The position numbers and the translations under genes were made by a program. DNA of 32,738 bases from Candidatus Onthoplasma sp. (GTDB lineage: Bacteria > Bacillota > Clostridia > Christensenellales > UBA1242): assembly GCA_045637745.1 (NCBI GenBank), contig JAZUAB010000067.1, positions 1 through 32,738 of the forward strand, given 5' to 3'. Within the stretch, counting starts at the first letter, position 1. Every line of letters begins with the position of its first letter. Positions 18,611 through 27,872 of the stretch are shown one piece after another. Below the pieces are notes generated by a model that saw only the letters and a program-made list of their open reading frames with translations, made no database searches and had not been told where the DNA came from.

Positions 18611-19648
18611 ATGAAACAAGAAATTGAAAAAGTAAGTCTTGAATTTGATAGTGAGATTAAGGAAGTGTCAAGTCAAGCACAATTAGAAGAATTAAGAGTT
18701 AAATATCTAGGCAAAAGTGGTAAAATTACCGCTATTATGCCTATGATGAAAACTGTACCGAACGAGCAAAAGCGTGAAATTGGTATGCTTATCAACGAAT
18801 TAAAGAGTAAGATTGAAAATACGGTTGTTACTATGCAAGAGGAATTTAAAAACCGTGCAATTTTGGAAGAAATCAATAATGCAGAACGCATTGATATTAC
18901 ACTGCCTGTTGACACAAAGGTTGGTTCACTTCACCCACGAACAATAGTTCAAAAGCAAATCGAAGATGTTTTCGTATCTATGGGTTTTGTTGTAGAAGAA
19001 GGTTATGAAATAGAAACCGAATATAACAACTTTGACGCAGTAAACGTGCCAAGCAATCACCCAGCAAGAGATATGCAAGATACATTCTGGCTAAATAATG
19101 GCCAAGTGCTAAAAACTCACACATCAGCGGCTCAAAATCGCATTTTAAAGAAGTACAAAAACAATATGCCAATACGTGCCATATTCCCTGGACGTTGCTT
19201 TAGAAATGAAGAACTTGATGCTGGCCACGAAAACACATTCTTCCAACTTGAAGGCATTATCGTTGACGAAAACGTATCGGTTGCAAATTTGATTTATTTT
19301 ATGAAAGAAATGCTTTCACGCATATTCAAAAAGGAAGTTGATGTGCGTCTTCGTCCCGGTTTCTTCCCATTTGTGGAACCTGGCTTCGAAATGGATGTTA
19401 AATGCCCATATTGTGATGGTAAGGGTTGCAACGTATGCAAGCAAGGTGGCTGGATAGAACTTTGCCCATGCGGAATGATACACCCTAATGTATTAAAGGA
19501 AGCGGGCATTGATAGCGACAAGTTTAGCGGTTGTGCGTTTGGTCTTGGTCTTGACCGTATGGTTATGATGACAATGGGCTTTAAAGATATTCGTGACTTA
19601 AATAGTGGAAATCTTAAAATCTTCAAACAATTTAAGGTAGAGAGGTAA
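18611..19648 (+). CDS. pheS: Phenylalanine--tRNA ligase alpha subunit
   Basis: HPARDMQDTF, THTS, FPFVEP, AFGLGLDR. The AAAGGAG SD points to ATG 18611 rather than TTG 18590. Confidence 0.97.
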   Translation: MKQEIEKVSLEFDSEIKEVSSQAQLEELRVKYLGKSGKITAIMPMMKTVPNEQKREIGMLINELKSKIENTVVTMQEEFKNRAILEEINNAERIDITLPVDTKVGSLHPRTIVQKQIEDVFVSMGFVVEEGYEIETEYNNFDAVNVPSNHPARDMQDTFWLNNGQVLKTHTSAAQNRILKKYKNNMPIRAIFPGRCFRNEELDAGHENTFFQLEGIIVDENVSVANLIYFMKEMLSRIFKKEVDVRLRPGFFPFVEPGFEMDVKCPYCDGKGCNVCKQGGWIELCPCGMIHPNVLKEAGIDSDKFSGCAFGLGLDRMVMMTMGFKDIRDLNSGNLKIFKQFKVER

Positions 19649-19651
19649 TAT

Positions 19652-22036
19652 ATGTATATTTCATTAAATTGGATAAAGGAATTTGTTAATCTTGATGGAA
19701 TTGAGGTTGATGAAATTGTTAAACGTTTTGGTCTTGCTACTGCCGAAGTGGAAGGCGTGGAATATAAGGGGCAAAACATTTCAAATATTGTGGTGGCGGA
19801 AATTAAAAGTGTAGAAAACCACCCAGATAGTAAAAAATTGCACATTTTGCAAGTTGATGATGGGCTTGAAAACTTAACACAAGTGGTTTGTGGCGCGCCT
19901 AATGTGCGTGTTGGTATGAAAACCGCTTTTGCACGTGTTGGTGCGCAAGTGCAAGATATTAAAATTGGCAAAGCAAAGCTTGCAGGAATTGAAAGCTTTG
20001 GTATGTGCTGTGGCGAAGATGAAATTGGTATTGGTAGTGACGATTCTGGAATTGTTGACCTTGATCCAAGTTACAAAAACGGTACTGATATTAAAGAAAT
20101 CTTCCCTATTGATGACGTGATTATTGAAGTGGATAACAAGTCACTTACTAACCGCCCAGATCTTTGGGGACATTATGGCATTGCACGTGAATTTGCCACA
20201 ATTTTTAAACGTGATTTAAAACTAAATATTCCAAGAATAGATTTAAGCCAATACAACAATCTACCTAAATTAGATGTTAAGGTTGAAACACCTGATTGTT
20301 ATCGTTATAGTGCGTTGAGTGTGGATAATGTAACAGTAAAAAAATCACCACAAGTTATGAAGATTCGTTTAAATTATTGCGGAATGCGTGATATTAACTT
20401 GCTTGCCGATATGACTAACTATTTGATGTTGGAACTTGGTCAACCAATGCACGCTTTTGACAATAATATTGTTAAAGGGGTTCGTGTAATTACTACTAAG
20501 GAAAAAACTCCAATGCTTACACTAGAAGGCGAAGAACATATTGTAGACGAGAATTCTACACTTATTTGTGATGAAAGCTATACCCCAGTGGCAATTGCTG
20601 GTGTTAAAGGTGGGTTAAAGTCGGGCATTAGTAATGAAACCAATTCGTTATTGCTAGAAAGTGCCACATTTAGTCCTGTGGCAATTCGTAAAACTAGCCG
20701 TAAAATAGGCCTTATTACAGATGCAAGTTTAAGATACGAAAAATCACTTGATCCAGAAATGACCACTTTAGCAATTGAAAGGCTGGTATATCTATTAAAG
20801 AATATTGATAACGGAATTAAAGTAACTTCAAGTTTGACTGATTGTTATAATTATAAATATCCAACTAATACAATTAAATTAAGTGCCAACTTTATTAACA
20901 AGCGTGGCGGTGTAAATATTGCGGTTGAAGATATGGTTGATATTCTTGGTCGTCTTGGATTTAAGGTGCGTGGATTTAATGATGAACTTGAAATAACTGT
21001 TCCATCATGGCGTGCAACTAAAGACGTGTCAATTAAGGAAGATTTGGTAGAAGAAATTTTGCGTATGTATGGTTATGATAATATTAAGCCTGCCACTATG
21101 AATATGCCACTAAACCCAGTGGAGCAACTACCTATTCATACACTTGAATATAAAACCAAAAGATTGTTGGCTGAAAAGTACAATTTAAACGAACTTCATT
21201 CATATATCTGGAATTATAAAGAATTTAACGAAGATATGGGGATTAAACAAGATAGTTTTGTTGAGCTACTAGATAGTTCTAATAGTGGGCAAAGCGGACT
21301 TCGTAGTAAGTTGATGCCTACAATGTTAAAATTCTTCTATGAAAACAAAAATAATTTTGATGATATTAGTATTTTTGAAATTGCTCGTACCGCTGAAGGA
21401 TTGAACGAAGACAAATTAGCGGTTGAAAAGCGCAAACTTTCAATCGTACTTGCGTCAATGACAAAGAGTGAAAAGGAATTATATTTCACATTAAAACAAA
21501 TCGTTGAAGATTTAAGCGAACTTACACAAACCAAAGTTGAATATAAAGTTGATGGAAATGTAAGCGAATATTTACATCCGGTAAATTCTTGTAATCTACT
21601 AGCGAAAGGTGTTGTGCTTGGCGAAATGGGGGGGATTCACCCAAGTGTTGCTAAAAATCTTGACAAACGCTTTAATATTGTTGGGCTTGAAATTGACCTT
21701 GATGAAATGTTAAACCATGCATTAGGAATTGTTAATGCAAAACGCAATATGATTTCTAAATATCAAGCCAGTGACCTTGACTTTAACTTTGTTATGAGTA
21801 AAGATAGAGTTTATGGTGAGCTTGAATCTGCTTTAAGTGAATTCAGATGTAACTATCTTCTTGAAATTAAATTAAAAGATATCTATATCAATCAAGAAGT
21901 ATTGCCAGATAAAATTAGTTACACAATGGCAATAAAGGTCACTCCTAAGGATAGAACTTTGGAAGCAAGTGATATCGAAAAATTTAGCAAACGTCTAATA
22001 GATCATATGGCAAGTTTTGACATTGCTTTGAGATAA
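19652..22036 (+). CDS. pheT: Phenylalanine--tRNA ligase beta subunit
   Basis: ISLNWIKEF, VVCGAPN, TNRPDL, LGQPMHAFD, DLVEEILRMYGYDNI. Confidence 0.97.
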   Translation: MYISLNWIKEFVNLDGIEVDEIVKRFGLATAEVEGVEYKGQNISNIVVAEIKSVENHPDSKKLHILQVDDGLENLTQVVCGAPNVRVGMKTAFARVGAQVQDIKIGKAKLAGIESFGMCCGEDEIGIGSDDSGIVDLDPSYKNGTDIKEIFPIDDVIIEVDNKSLTNRPDLWGHYGIAREFATIFKRDLKLNIPRIDLSQYNNLPKLDVKVETPDCYRYSALSVDNVTVKKSPQVMKIRLNYCGMRDINLLADMTNYLMLELGQPMHAFDNNIVKGVRVITTKEKTPMLTLEGEEHIVDENSTLICDESYTPVAIAGVKGGLKSGISNETNSLLLESATFSPVAIRKTSRKIGLITDASLRYEKSLDPEMTTLAIERLVYLLKNIDNGIKVTSSLTDCYNYKYPTNTIKLSANFINKRGGVNIAVEDMVDILGRLGFKVRGFNDELEITVPSWRATKDVSIKEDLVEEILRMYGYDNIKPATMNMPLNPVEQLPIHTLEYKTKRLLAEKYNLNELHSYIWNYKEFNEDMGIKQDSFVELLDSSNSGQSGLRSKLMPTMLKFFYENKNNFDDISIFEIARTAEGLNEDKLAVEKRKLSIVLASMTKSEKELYFTLKQIVEDLSELTQTKVEYKVDGNVSEYLHPVNSCNLLAKGVVLGEMGGIHPSVAKNLDKRFNIVGLEIDLDEMLNHALGIVNAKRNMISKYQASDLDFNFVMSKDRVYGELESALSEFRCNYLLEIKLKDIYINQEVLPDKISYTMAIKVTPKDRTLEASDIEKFSKRLIDHMASFDIALR

Positions 22037-22044
22037 TTTAAATG

Positions 22045-22084
22045 AAAAAATCACACCATCTCATATAATTTAGTGTGATTTTTT
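22045..22084 (+). terminator. Intrinsic terminator after pheT
   Basis: aaaaaatcacac...gtgtgatttttt. Confidence 0.75.
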
Positions 22085-22107
22085 AATATCTATTTTTACA
22101 ATGGATA

Positions 22108-22136
22108 TTGACAGGCTTGGTATTGTGTGATATCAT
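22108..22136 (+). promoter_or_regulatory. sigmaA promoter with extended -10
   Basis: TTGACA-17 nt-TATCAT, with TG at 22128-22129. Confidence 0.75.
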
Positions 22137-22160
22137 AAAAACGATGTTTAAGGAGAAGGT

Positions 22161-22604
22161 ATGATTAGAAGACCTATTGTATATACAATAAGAGAGTTAT
22201 CAACTTTTGACGATGAAAATCAACGTTGCTTAATTGCTTATTTTGTTTCTAGGGCATATGTTACACATTCTGATATTACATATCACAAAACTGGTGCGGT
22301 AGTTAAAAAGCATGATATTGACTTTTGTGATACTATTTACACCGATTTTAAAATAAGTCCTATATGGTTTGTTGAGGGTGGAGGTAAAACAGGGGTTTAC
22401 CAATCAAAAATATTTAACGACTACGCGTCTTGCAAAAAATATGTGGACGAACAAAATAATATATATTTTAAAACCAATTATTCAACTATGCCTAGACGTG
22501 TAGAATTGCATAAACAAGCGCTTGAATTTTGTACGAGGTTAGAAGAAAAGTATATTCCATTAGAAGAACGTCAACAAGTAAGCGAAAGTGTAAAAAATAT
22601 ATAA
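22161..22604 (+). CDS. Hypothetical protein, paralog of 22615..23037
   Basis: AAGGAG SD; shares AYFVS(R/K)AY and other motifs with the next ORF. Confidence 0.8.
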   Translation: MIRRPIVYTIRELSTFDDENQRCLIAYFVSRAYVTHSDITYHKTGAVVKKHDIDFCDTIYTDFKISPIWFVEGGGKTGVYQSKIFNDYASCKKYVDEQNNIYFKTNYSTMPRRVELHKQALEFCTRLEEKYIPLEERQQVSESVKNI

Positions 22605-22614
22605 GGAGAAAATT

Positions 22615-23037
22615 ATGGCAAAGAAATTCCCAATTAGATTTGTTGCTAGAGCAGTTATAGTGGATGGTAAAACTGTGGCATATTTTGTATCAAAGGCGTA
22701 TTTGTTTGAAGAAATTAAAACCTATAATTCAGATGGTAGTATGGATGAGAGGTTTGAGGTAGATTTTGTAACACCGATATATAATGAAAAATGCGGGGTG
22801 GAAAATTCGCCAGCGTATAACAAGTATTATAAGAAAAAGGTTTTTGAGAGATATGGCCAGTGTAAAAATTATATTGACAGATTGCATAACGATATTTTAA
22901 TTAAAGTCGTAAGGACATCAAAGCCAGCCAATGTGCAAGATGATATTAGACAATGTAATAAATATTTTAGATATGCAACAAAGTTGAGTCATAAGTATTG
23001 TGAAAAAGAAGATGAGAATATAATCAATAATTTATAA
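22615..23037 (+). CDS. Hypothetical protein, paralog of 22161..22604
   Basis: AAGGAG SD overlapping the upstream stop codon; shared motifs. Confidence 0.8.
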   Translation: MAKKFPIRFVARAVIVDGKTVAYFVSKAYLFEEIKTYNSDGSMDERFEVDFVTPIYNEKCGVENSPAYNKYYKKKVFERYGQCKNYIDRLHNDILIKVVRTSKPANVQDDIRQCNKYFRYATKLSHKYCEKEDENIINNL

Positions 23038-23045
23038 AAATACTT

Positions 23046-23081
23046 AAAAATAGCACAATTTCGATATTTTGCGCTATTTTT
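23046..23081 (+). terminator. Probable intrinsic terminator
   Basis: aaaaatagcacaa...ttgcgctattttt (one mismatch), followed by a T-rich run. Confidence 0.55.
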
Positions 23082-23121
23082 CTTTTATTTATTTTTAATT
23101 AATTTACTTTAATATTTAATT

Positions 23122-25404
23122 ATGAAAAAATTTAAAATAAATAAAATTAATTTAATTAAATATTTTTTAATATTTATTATGTTTTTAGTGTTGACAAATG
23201 CCAAAGGTTATTCGGTTTCGCCATTTAGTGTCGGGGCGTTATTTGCGCTTATGTGGTGCGGACTATATTTGCCTGTGATTGCAAGCGAATATTTGTTTGC
23301 AAATATAATATTGATGAACAAAGTAGCAGATATTTATTCGGCGATTACAACTGTGTTTATTTTACTGGTTGTTTACTTTATTCATAAGCGAATTAAAAAG
23401 CCTATGAATGTAATTCTGGTTGGTGTGTACACATTGCTTAGCCAAGTGGTGAGTTTGTATTACATATTTAATACGGGCGATTGGTTAGATTTAATAATTT
23501 TTGCCGTTGTGACAGTTATGTTTTTATATATCTCGGTCAGTATATTTCAATTATTTATTTTACGCGGAGGGATTTATAAACTGACATTAGATGAGAGTGT
23601 ATGTATGGTTGTGTTTATATGTGTGCTGTCATTTGGCTTTGCGGATATATACATTTGGGGTTGCCCAATATATAAATTTATAGCGACGCTAGCAATATTG
23701 TTGTTTGCGGGCAACAACAAAAGAGTGGAGTCTGTAATTGTTGGTATATCAATTGGGCTTGGGGCTAGTATTGTTGCTGGCGAATTGAGTTGTGTTGGTG
23801 AAATGGCGATAATCTCGGTTGTTGCTAATATGTTTGGGTGTCTACACAAACACAAGACAGCAATAACGATGTTGTTGGTTGGAACAATTATTCAATTGTA
23901 TTTTGTTGGTCTAGAATATAGTGTTGTGTCTTCGGTTTTACCTATAGCATTTGCAGCAACTTGTTATTTAATTTTTGCTAATGTTTGGTTAAAAAAAATA
24001 TATACAAGCAATTCGAATAATTCGGAATTAAGCACACGAAATGTTGTGGGGTGCGCGAGGCGGAAGATTAAGCGTCGTATGACTGAGTTGAGCGACGTGT
24101 TTGCGCAAATGAAACAAATACATCTAAAAATGATGCAACAGGGATTAACAAGAGAGCAATTGTCATCTTTAATTTTAAAAGAAGTTTCAAACAGCGTGTG
24201 TAGCGAATGTAAAAACTTAAATAATTGTTATAGAAACAATATTAATAATAAATCTAGTGTTGATACGTTGGTGGACATAGCGGTAAAAAAAGGTAAAATT
24301 ACAATATTAGATTTGCCATCCGCAATAGCGCAAAAATGTGGAATGGTTAATATTTTAATTGGCAAAATAAATATATTGATTGAAGAATATAATGATAGAT
24401 TAACTTTGCTTAAAGATATAAATGAAGTAAAATTTTTATTGGCGGAACACACTGGTGCGGTTTCCCAACTATTATTAGATTTATCTCAAGATTTAGACAA
24501 GGATATAATGTTTGACACTGAACTTCAATGTAAAATTATAAATGGGTTATTAAACAAAAATATTATATGTGACGAAGTGCTTATATTTAGTCAAAAGGGC
24601 AATGATATTTCGGTTGTTGCCATAGTAAAAGGTGATGGGGCTTATAACCCTGCGCTTGAAAGGATTATAAGCAAGGAGATTAATTTGCCAATGGTGGTTA
24701 CTGGCGTGGAACCTACCGAAATAAATGGTTATTATTCGGTAACGTTGTCACGCGCATGTAGGCGGGATGTTGTCTTTGGAATAACGAGTAGGACAAAAAC
24801 CGGCTCAACGAATTCTGGTGATAGCCACAGTTTAATTAGGCTGGGGAGCAATAAGTATCTTTTGGCGCTATGTGATGGTATGGGAAGCGGGGAGCGAGCA
24901 AGAGAAATGAGTGCTTTGACAATGGCGTTGGTGGAAAGTTTTTATAAAGCCGGGTTTGATGACGGTTTTGTTTTAAATAATATAAATAAACTGTTATCTG
25001 TTAATAGCCAAGAGAGTTTTTCAACCCTTGATTTATGTGTGCTAGACCTTGATAAAGGTGTAATTGATTTTATTAAATTGGGTGCAACCTACGGAATTGT
25101 TAAACGTGAGTATAATGTAGAGCGCGTTGAGGCGGGGACCTTGCCTTTAGGTGTTTTGGGTGAAGTTAAACCCAGTATTAGCCATTTTGCAATAAATAAT
25201 AAAGATATGATAATTATGGTGACGGATGGTATCACGGATGCGTTTAATGATTATCAAGAATTTGCAGATTTCGTAAATGCAATTGCAAGCACAAATCCGC
25301 AAGTTGTGGCTCAAACCATTTTAGATGAGGCTGTTGCGCAATATGGCGGAATTGCAAAGGATGATATGACCGTATTGGTGGCTAGAACATTTTTAAAAGG
25401 GTAA
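23122..25404 (+). CDS. spoIIE: Stage II sporulation protein E (membrane PP2C phosphatase)
   Basis: About 10 N-terminal TM segments, a central CSECKNLNNC...C segment, and PP2C motifs SGDS, LCDGMGSG, MVTDG, DDMT. Confidence 0.88.
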   Translation: MKKFKINKINLIKYFLIFIMFLVLTNAKGYSVSPFSVGALFALMWCGLYLPVIASEYLFANIILMNKVADIYSAITTVFILLVVYFIHKRIKKPMNVILVGVYTLLSQVVSLYYIFNTGDWLDLIIFAVVTVMFLYISVSIFQLFILRGGIYKLTLDESVCMVVFICVLSFGFADIYIWGCPIYKFIATLAILLFAGNNKRVESVIVGISIGLGASIVAGELSCVGEMAIISVVANMFGCLHKHKTAITMLLVGTIIQLYFVGLEYSVVSSVLPIAFAATCYLIFANVWLKKIYTSNSNNSELSTRNVVGCARRKIKRRMTELSDVFAQMKQIHLKMMQQGLTREQLSSLILKEVSNSVCSECKNLNNCYRNNINNKSSVDTLVDIAVKKGKITILDLPSAIAQKCGMVNILIGKINILIEEYNDRLTLLKDINEVKFLLAEHTGAVSQLLLDLSQDLDKDIMFDTELQCKIINGLLNKNIICDEVLIFSQKGNDISVVAIVKGDGAYNPALERIISKEINLPMVVTGVEPTEINGYYSVTLSRACRRDVVFGITSRTKTGSTNSGDSHSLIRLGSNKYLLALCDGMGSGERAREMSALTMALVESFYKAGFDDGFVLNNINKLLSVNSQESFSTLDLCVLDLDKGVIDFIKLGATYGIVKREYNVERVEAGTLPLGVLGEVKPSISHFAINNKDMIIMVTDGITDAFNDYQEFADFVNAIASTNPQVVAQTILDEAVAQYGGIAKDDMTVLVARTFLKG

Positions 25405-26268
25405 ATACTCAATTTCTAGTTCAAGATTAATATTGTATTTTTCATATACTCTAGATTTTATAATATCAATTAATTGCAAAACGTCTTTGCAGGTTGCTCC
25501 ATCAAGATTTACGATAAATCCTGCATGTTTTGTTGATATTTGGGCAGCACCTACCCTTGTTCCCTTTAGTTGTAATTCGTCAATGAGTTTTGCCGGGATT
25601 ATTTTATCGGTGCGTCTAAAAATGCTGCCGGCATTTGCATATTGCAATGGCTGAGTGGATGTGCGCTGTATCAAATATTCTTGAATTTTTGATTTGATAG
25701 AAGGAGTATTTGATGGTGATAGAGTTAAAATTGCGGCCAATATTATGTCGGAATTATTTTGAAAAATGCTTGTGTGATAATTAAAATTGCAATCGGATTT
25801 ATTGAGATACACAATACATTTGTCGCGAAGGACTGTGACATATTGTATAAGTGAGCCGATATCGTGATTATATGCCCCTAAATTATTTACAAGAGCCCCT
25901 CCCAATTGTGCTGGCACTCCAACTGCGAATTCCAGTCCACTCAAACAATTGTCGGATGTGTACTGAACCAATTCGCTTAGATAAGCGCCCGAACTGGCAT
26001 ATAAGGCATTGTCCCTAATTTTTTTGTGACTATCCACATATTTAATAATTGTGCCATTATATCCCAAATCGTCAAATAGTATATTTGAACCATTGCCGAT
26101 TACTTTATATTTTATATTGTGTTGTATGCAAACATTAATCGTATCTAGCAGTGCGTCAATATTATGTGCCAAGACAATATATTTGGCATTACCGCCAATT
26201 TGAAATGTACATAAATTACGTAAAGGCTCATCTTTTAAATATGTGATATTATTAATTCTTTTAAACAT
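25393..26268 (-). CDS. murB: UDP-N-acetylenolpyruvoylglucosamine reductase
   Basis: TFQIGG, IGNGSNIL, GLEFAVGVP, AGSIFR, ISTKHAGFIVN, LELEI. Confidence 0.95.
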   Translation of the reverse strand: MFKRINNITYLKDEPLRNLCTFQIGGNAKYIVLAHNIDALLDTINVCIQHNIKYKVIGNGSNILFDDLGYNGTIIKYVDSHKKIRDNALYASSGAYLSELVQYTSDNCLSGLEFAVGVPAQLGGALVNNLGAYNHDIGSLIQYVTVLRDKCIVYLNKSDCNFNYHTSIFQNNSDIILAAILTLSPSNTPSIKSKIQEYLIQRTSTQPLQYANAGSIFRRTDKIIPAKLIDELQLKGTRVGAAQISTKHAGFIVNLDGATCKDVLQLIDIIKSRVYEKYNINLELEIEYLPF

Positions 26269-26362
26269 AAAACCTCAAAATTAATTAATAATTAAAATTA
26301 ATTAAAAATATTAAAAAATCAAACAAAATGCTTAAAATAAGCAAGATGTGTGTGCAAAATAT

Positions 26363-27265
26363 TTAATTGTTAAAAATATTTGGGACAAAACATTTTTTTA
26401 AAGCATTCTCCATTAGTGAATAATTTTCCTTATTATATAGCGATAGATGTTTGGTGCTAAAAAGTGAAAGATTTGCAAGTTTTTGCTGATTTGAATCGCT
26501 AAGCAAATATTCAACAAATTTAAGAATTTCTTCATCACTATTGGTTATTCCAATATATTGAATTAAATCTGTAAAGGCGTCAACTGGCTGGTATTCAACG
26601 CTAAATCTACCAAGGCTTTCTAAATTTGAAATTCTAAATAGGTCACGTGCGGTTCCCAACAATTTTATATCTGAGCTATTTACAAATTTGGTATAACATT
26701 CGTAAGAAGACAACGTTGAGCCATTATTTATCTCTATATCATTTACAATAGATGTTGCGCTGTGCATATTGTTGTTGGCTGTATATAATTGTGTGGGGGT
26801 GCAGTTTGTTTTTGTAAAATAACAATACCCACTGGCAATATATGGGATTGCCATTAATTTGCCATTGTATTTTGCGCTGTCTAGAAAATTGTCGCAGACA
26901 TCATATTCGCTATTAAATTCAACCAAGTATGGTAATATGATTGACGCAACCTGCTCGCTAAATGATATAAGCTGTGGTGTGTTTTTTAACAACAAGTCTT
27001 TTAGTTGGGTGGCGTCAACTAATTTGACCATAAAGAGTCTGGTTGGATTTTGTTTTTGGTATTCAATTGCTAGTTGGTTTAGATGGTTTTGTCTGTTGGT
27101 TCCACCGCCCTCAAAGCATTCCACGTGCCACCACTCATAGATTTGTAGGGTATCGGTGTTTCCATCAATCAGAGGGACGGAATTAAATTTTCCCAAACAA
27201 AACAATGCGCTAAAAGCAATAAAAAATACGATAATAAAAATATTTAATATTTTTTTAAATTTCAT
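26363..27265 (-). CDS. Exported solute-binding-protein-like protein (orphan)
   Basis: N-terminal hydrophobic anchor. YNGKLMAIPY and KFVEYLLSDSNQQKL resemble family 1 extracellular solute-binding proteins. Confidence 0.6.
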   Translation of the reverse strand: MKFKKILNIFIIVFFIAFSALFCLGKFNSVPLIDGNTDTLQIYEWWHVECFEGGGTNRQNHLNQLAIEYQKQNPTRLFMVKLVDATQLKDLLLKNTPQLISFSEQVASIILPYLVEFNSEYDVCDNFLDSAKYNGKLMAIPYIASGYCYFTKTNCTPTQLYTANNNMHSATSIVNDIEINNGSTLSSYECYTKFVNSSDIKLLGTARDLFRISNLESLGRFSVEYQPVDAFTDLIQYIGITNSDEEILKFVEYLLSDSNQQKLANLSLFSTKHLSLYNKENYSLMENALKKCFVPNIFNN

Positions 27266-27422
27266 AGATATAAATATGATGAAAATATTACAAAAATTCC
27301 AAAATAAAATTAATTTAAATTAAAAAATAACCAAATAAATATTTATCAAAAAAATACAACAGATATTGTTAAAATATATGCGAAAAGCCCTTAAAACAAC
27401 TGCTTTGTACTAATTTGACAAT

Positions 27423-27455
27423 AAAAAATATTAAGTGTAATTTACTTAATATTTT
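27423..27455 (-). terminator. AT-rich hairpin, probable terminator
   Basis: 12-bp perfect inverted repeat aaaatattaagt (27425-27436) / acttaatatttt (27444-27455) at the stop of the minus-strand ORF. Confidence 0.5.
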
Positions 27456-27735
27456 ATTTAATATTGTTTTCATAGTCATTATTGTTTTGATAATCCAATA
27501 GTTGTTGCATTGTAAATGGCTTGTTTTTAATATTCGCATTATAATACTTAATTAAATCTTGTTCTATCTCATCTGGGCTAATAAATTTGGCGTCTATTAA
27601 AACAGAAAAGCAGTCATCCAAGTCTTTATATAATTCAATTGTTTGAGGGCTGGCAAAATGTTTGTTGTAATAAATTGCAACATCTTCATCGGCAAACCCT
27701 ATTTCTATCAAATTTTTAAAAACCATACTTTTCAT
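27454..27735 (-). CDS. Small hypothetical protein (about 93 aa)
   Basis: A minus-strand TTGCAT-17 nt-TAATAT promoter overlaps the track GTG at 27756, which favours ATG 27735 as the start. Confidence 0.55.
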   Translation of the reverse strand: MKSMVFKNLIEIGFADEDVAIYYNKHFASPQTIELYKDLDDCFSVLIDAKFISPDEIEQDLIKYYNANIKNKPFTMQQLLDYQNNNDYENNIK

Positions 27736-27857
27736 AATATATTTATATATTAACACATAATGGTGTTTAATGCAACAGCATTAAAAAGGTTTAAGTGATG
27801 TATAATTATTAAAATGTCATTAAATAATTAAAAAGCATTTTCAAAACGTGTTTTATG

Positions 27858-27866
27858 TGATATAAT
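27858..27866 (+). promoter_or_regulatory. Extended -10 promoter 6 nt before the uvrC ATG
   Basis: TGATATAAT, then ATTGTT, then ATG; no SD. Confidence 0.6.
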
Positions 27867-27872
27867 ATTGTT

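Noticed and set aside
19402-19440. CxxC...CxxC zinc-ribbon-like insert in PheS
   Set aside because: A common feature of Firmicute PheS, not novel.
19294-19971. 225-aa minus-strand ORF
   Set aside because: Antisense shadow of pheS/pheT, with no SD or recognisable motifs.
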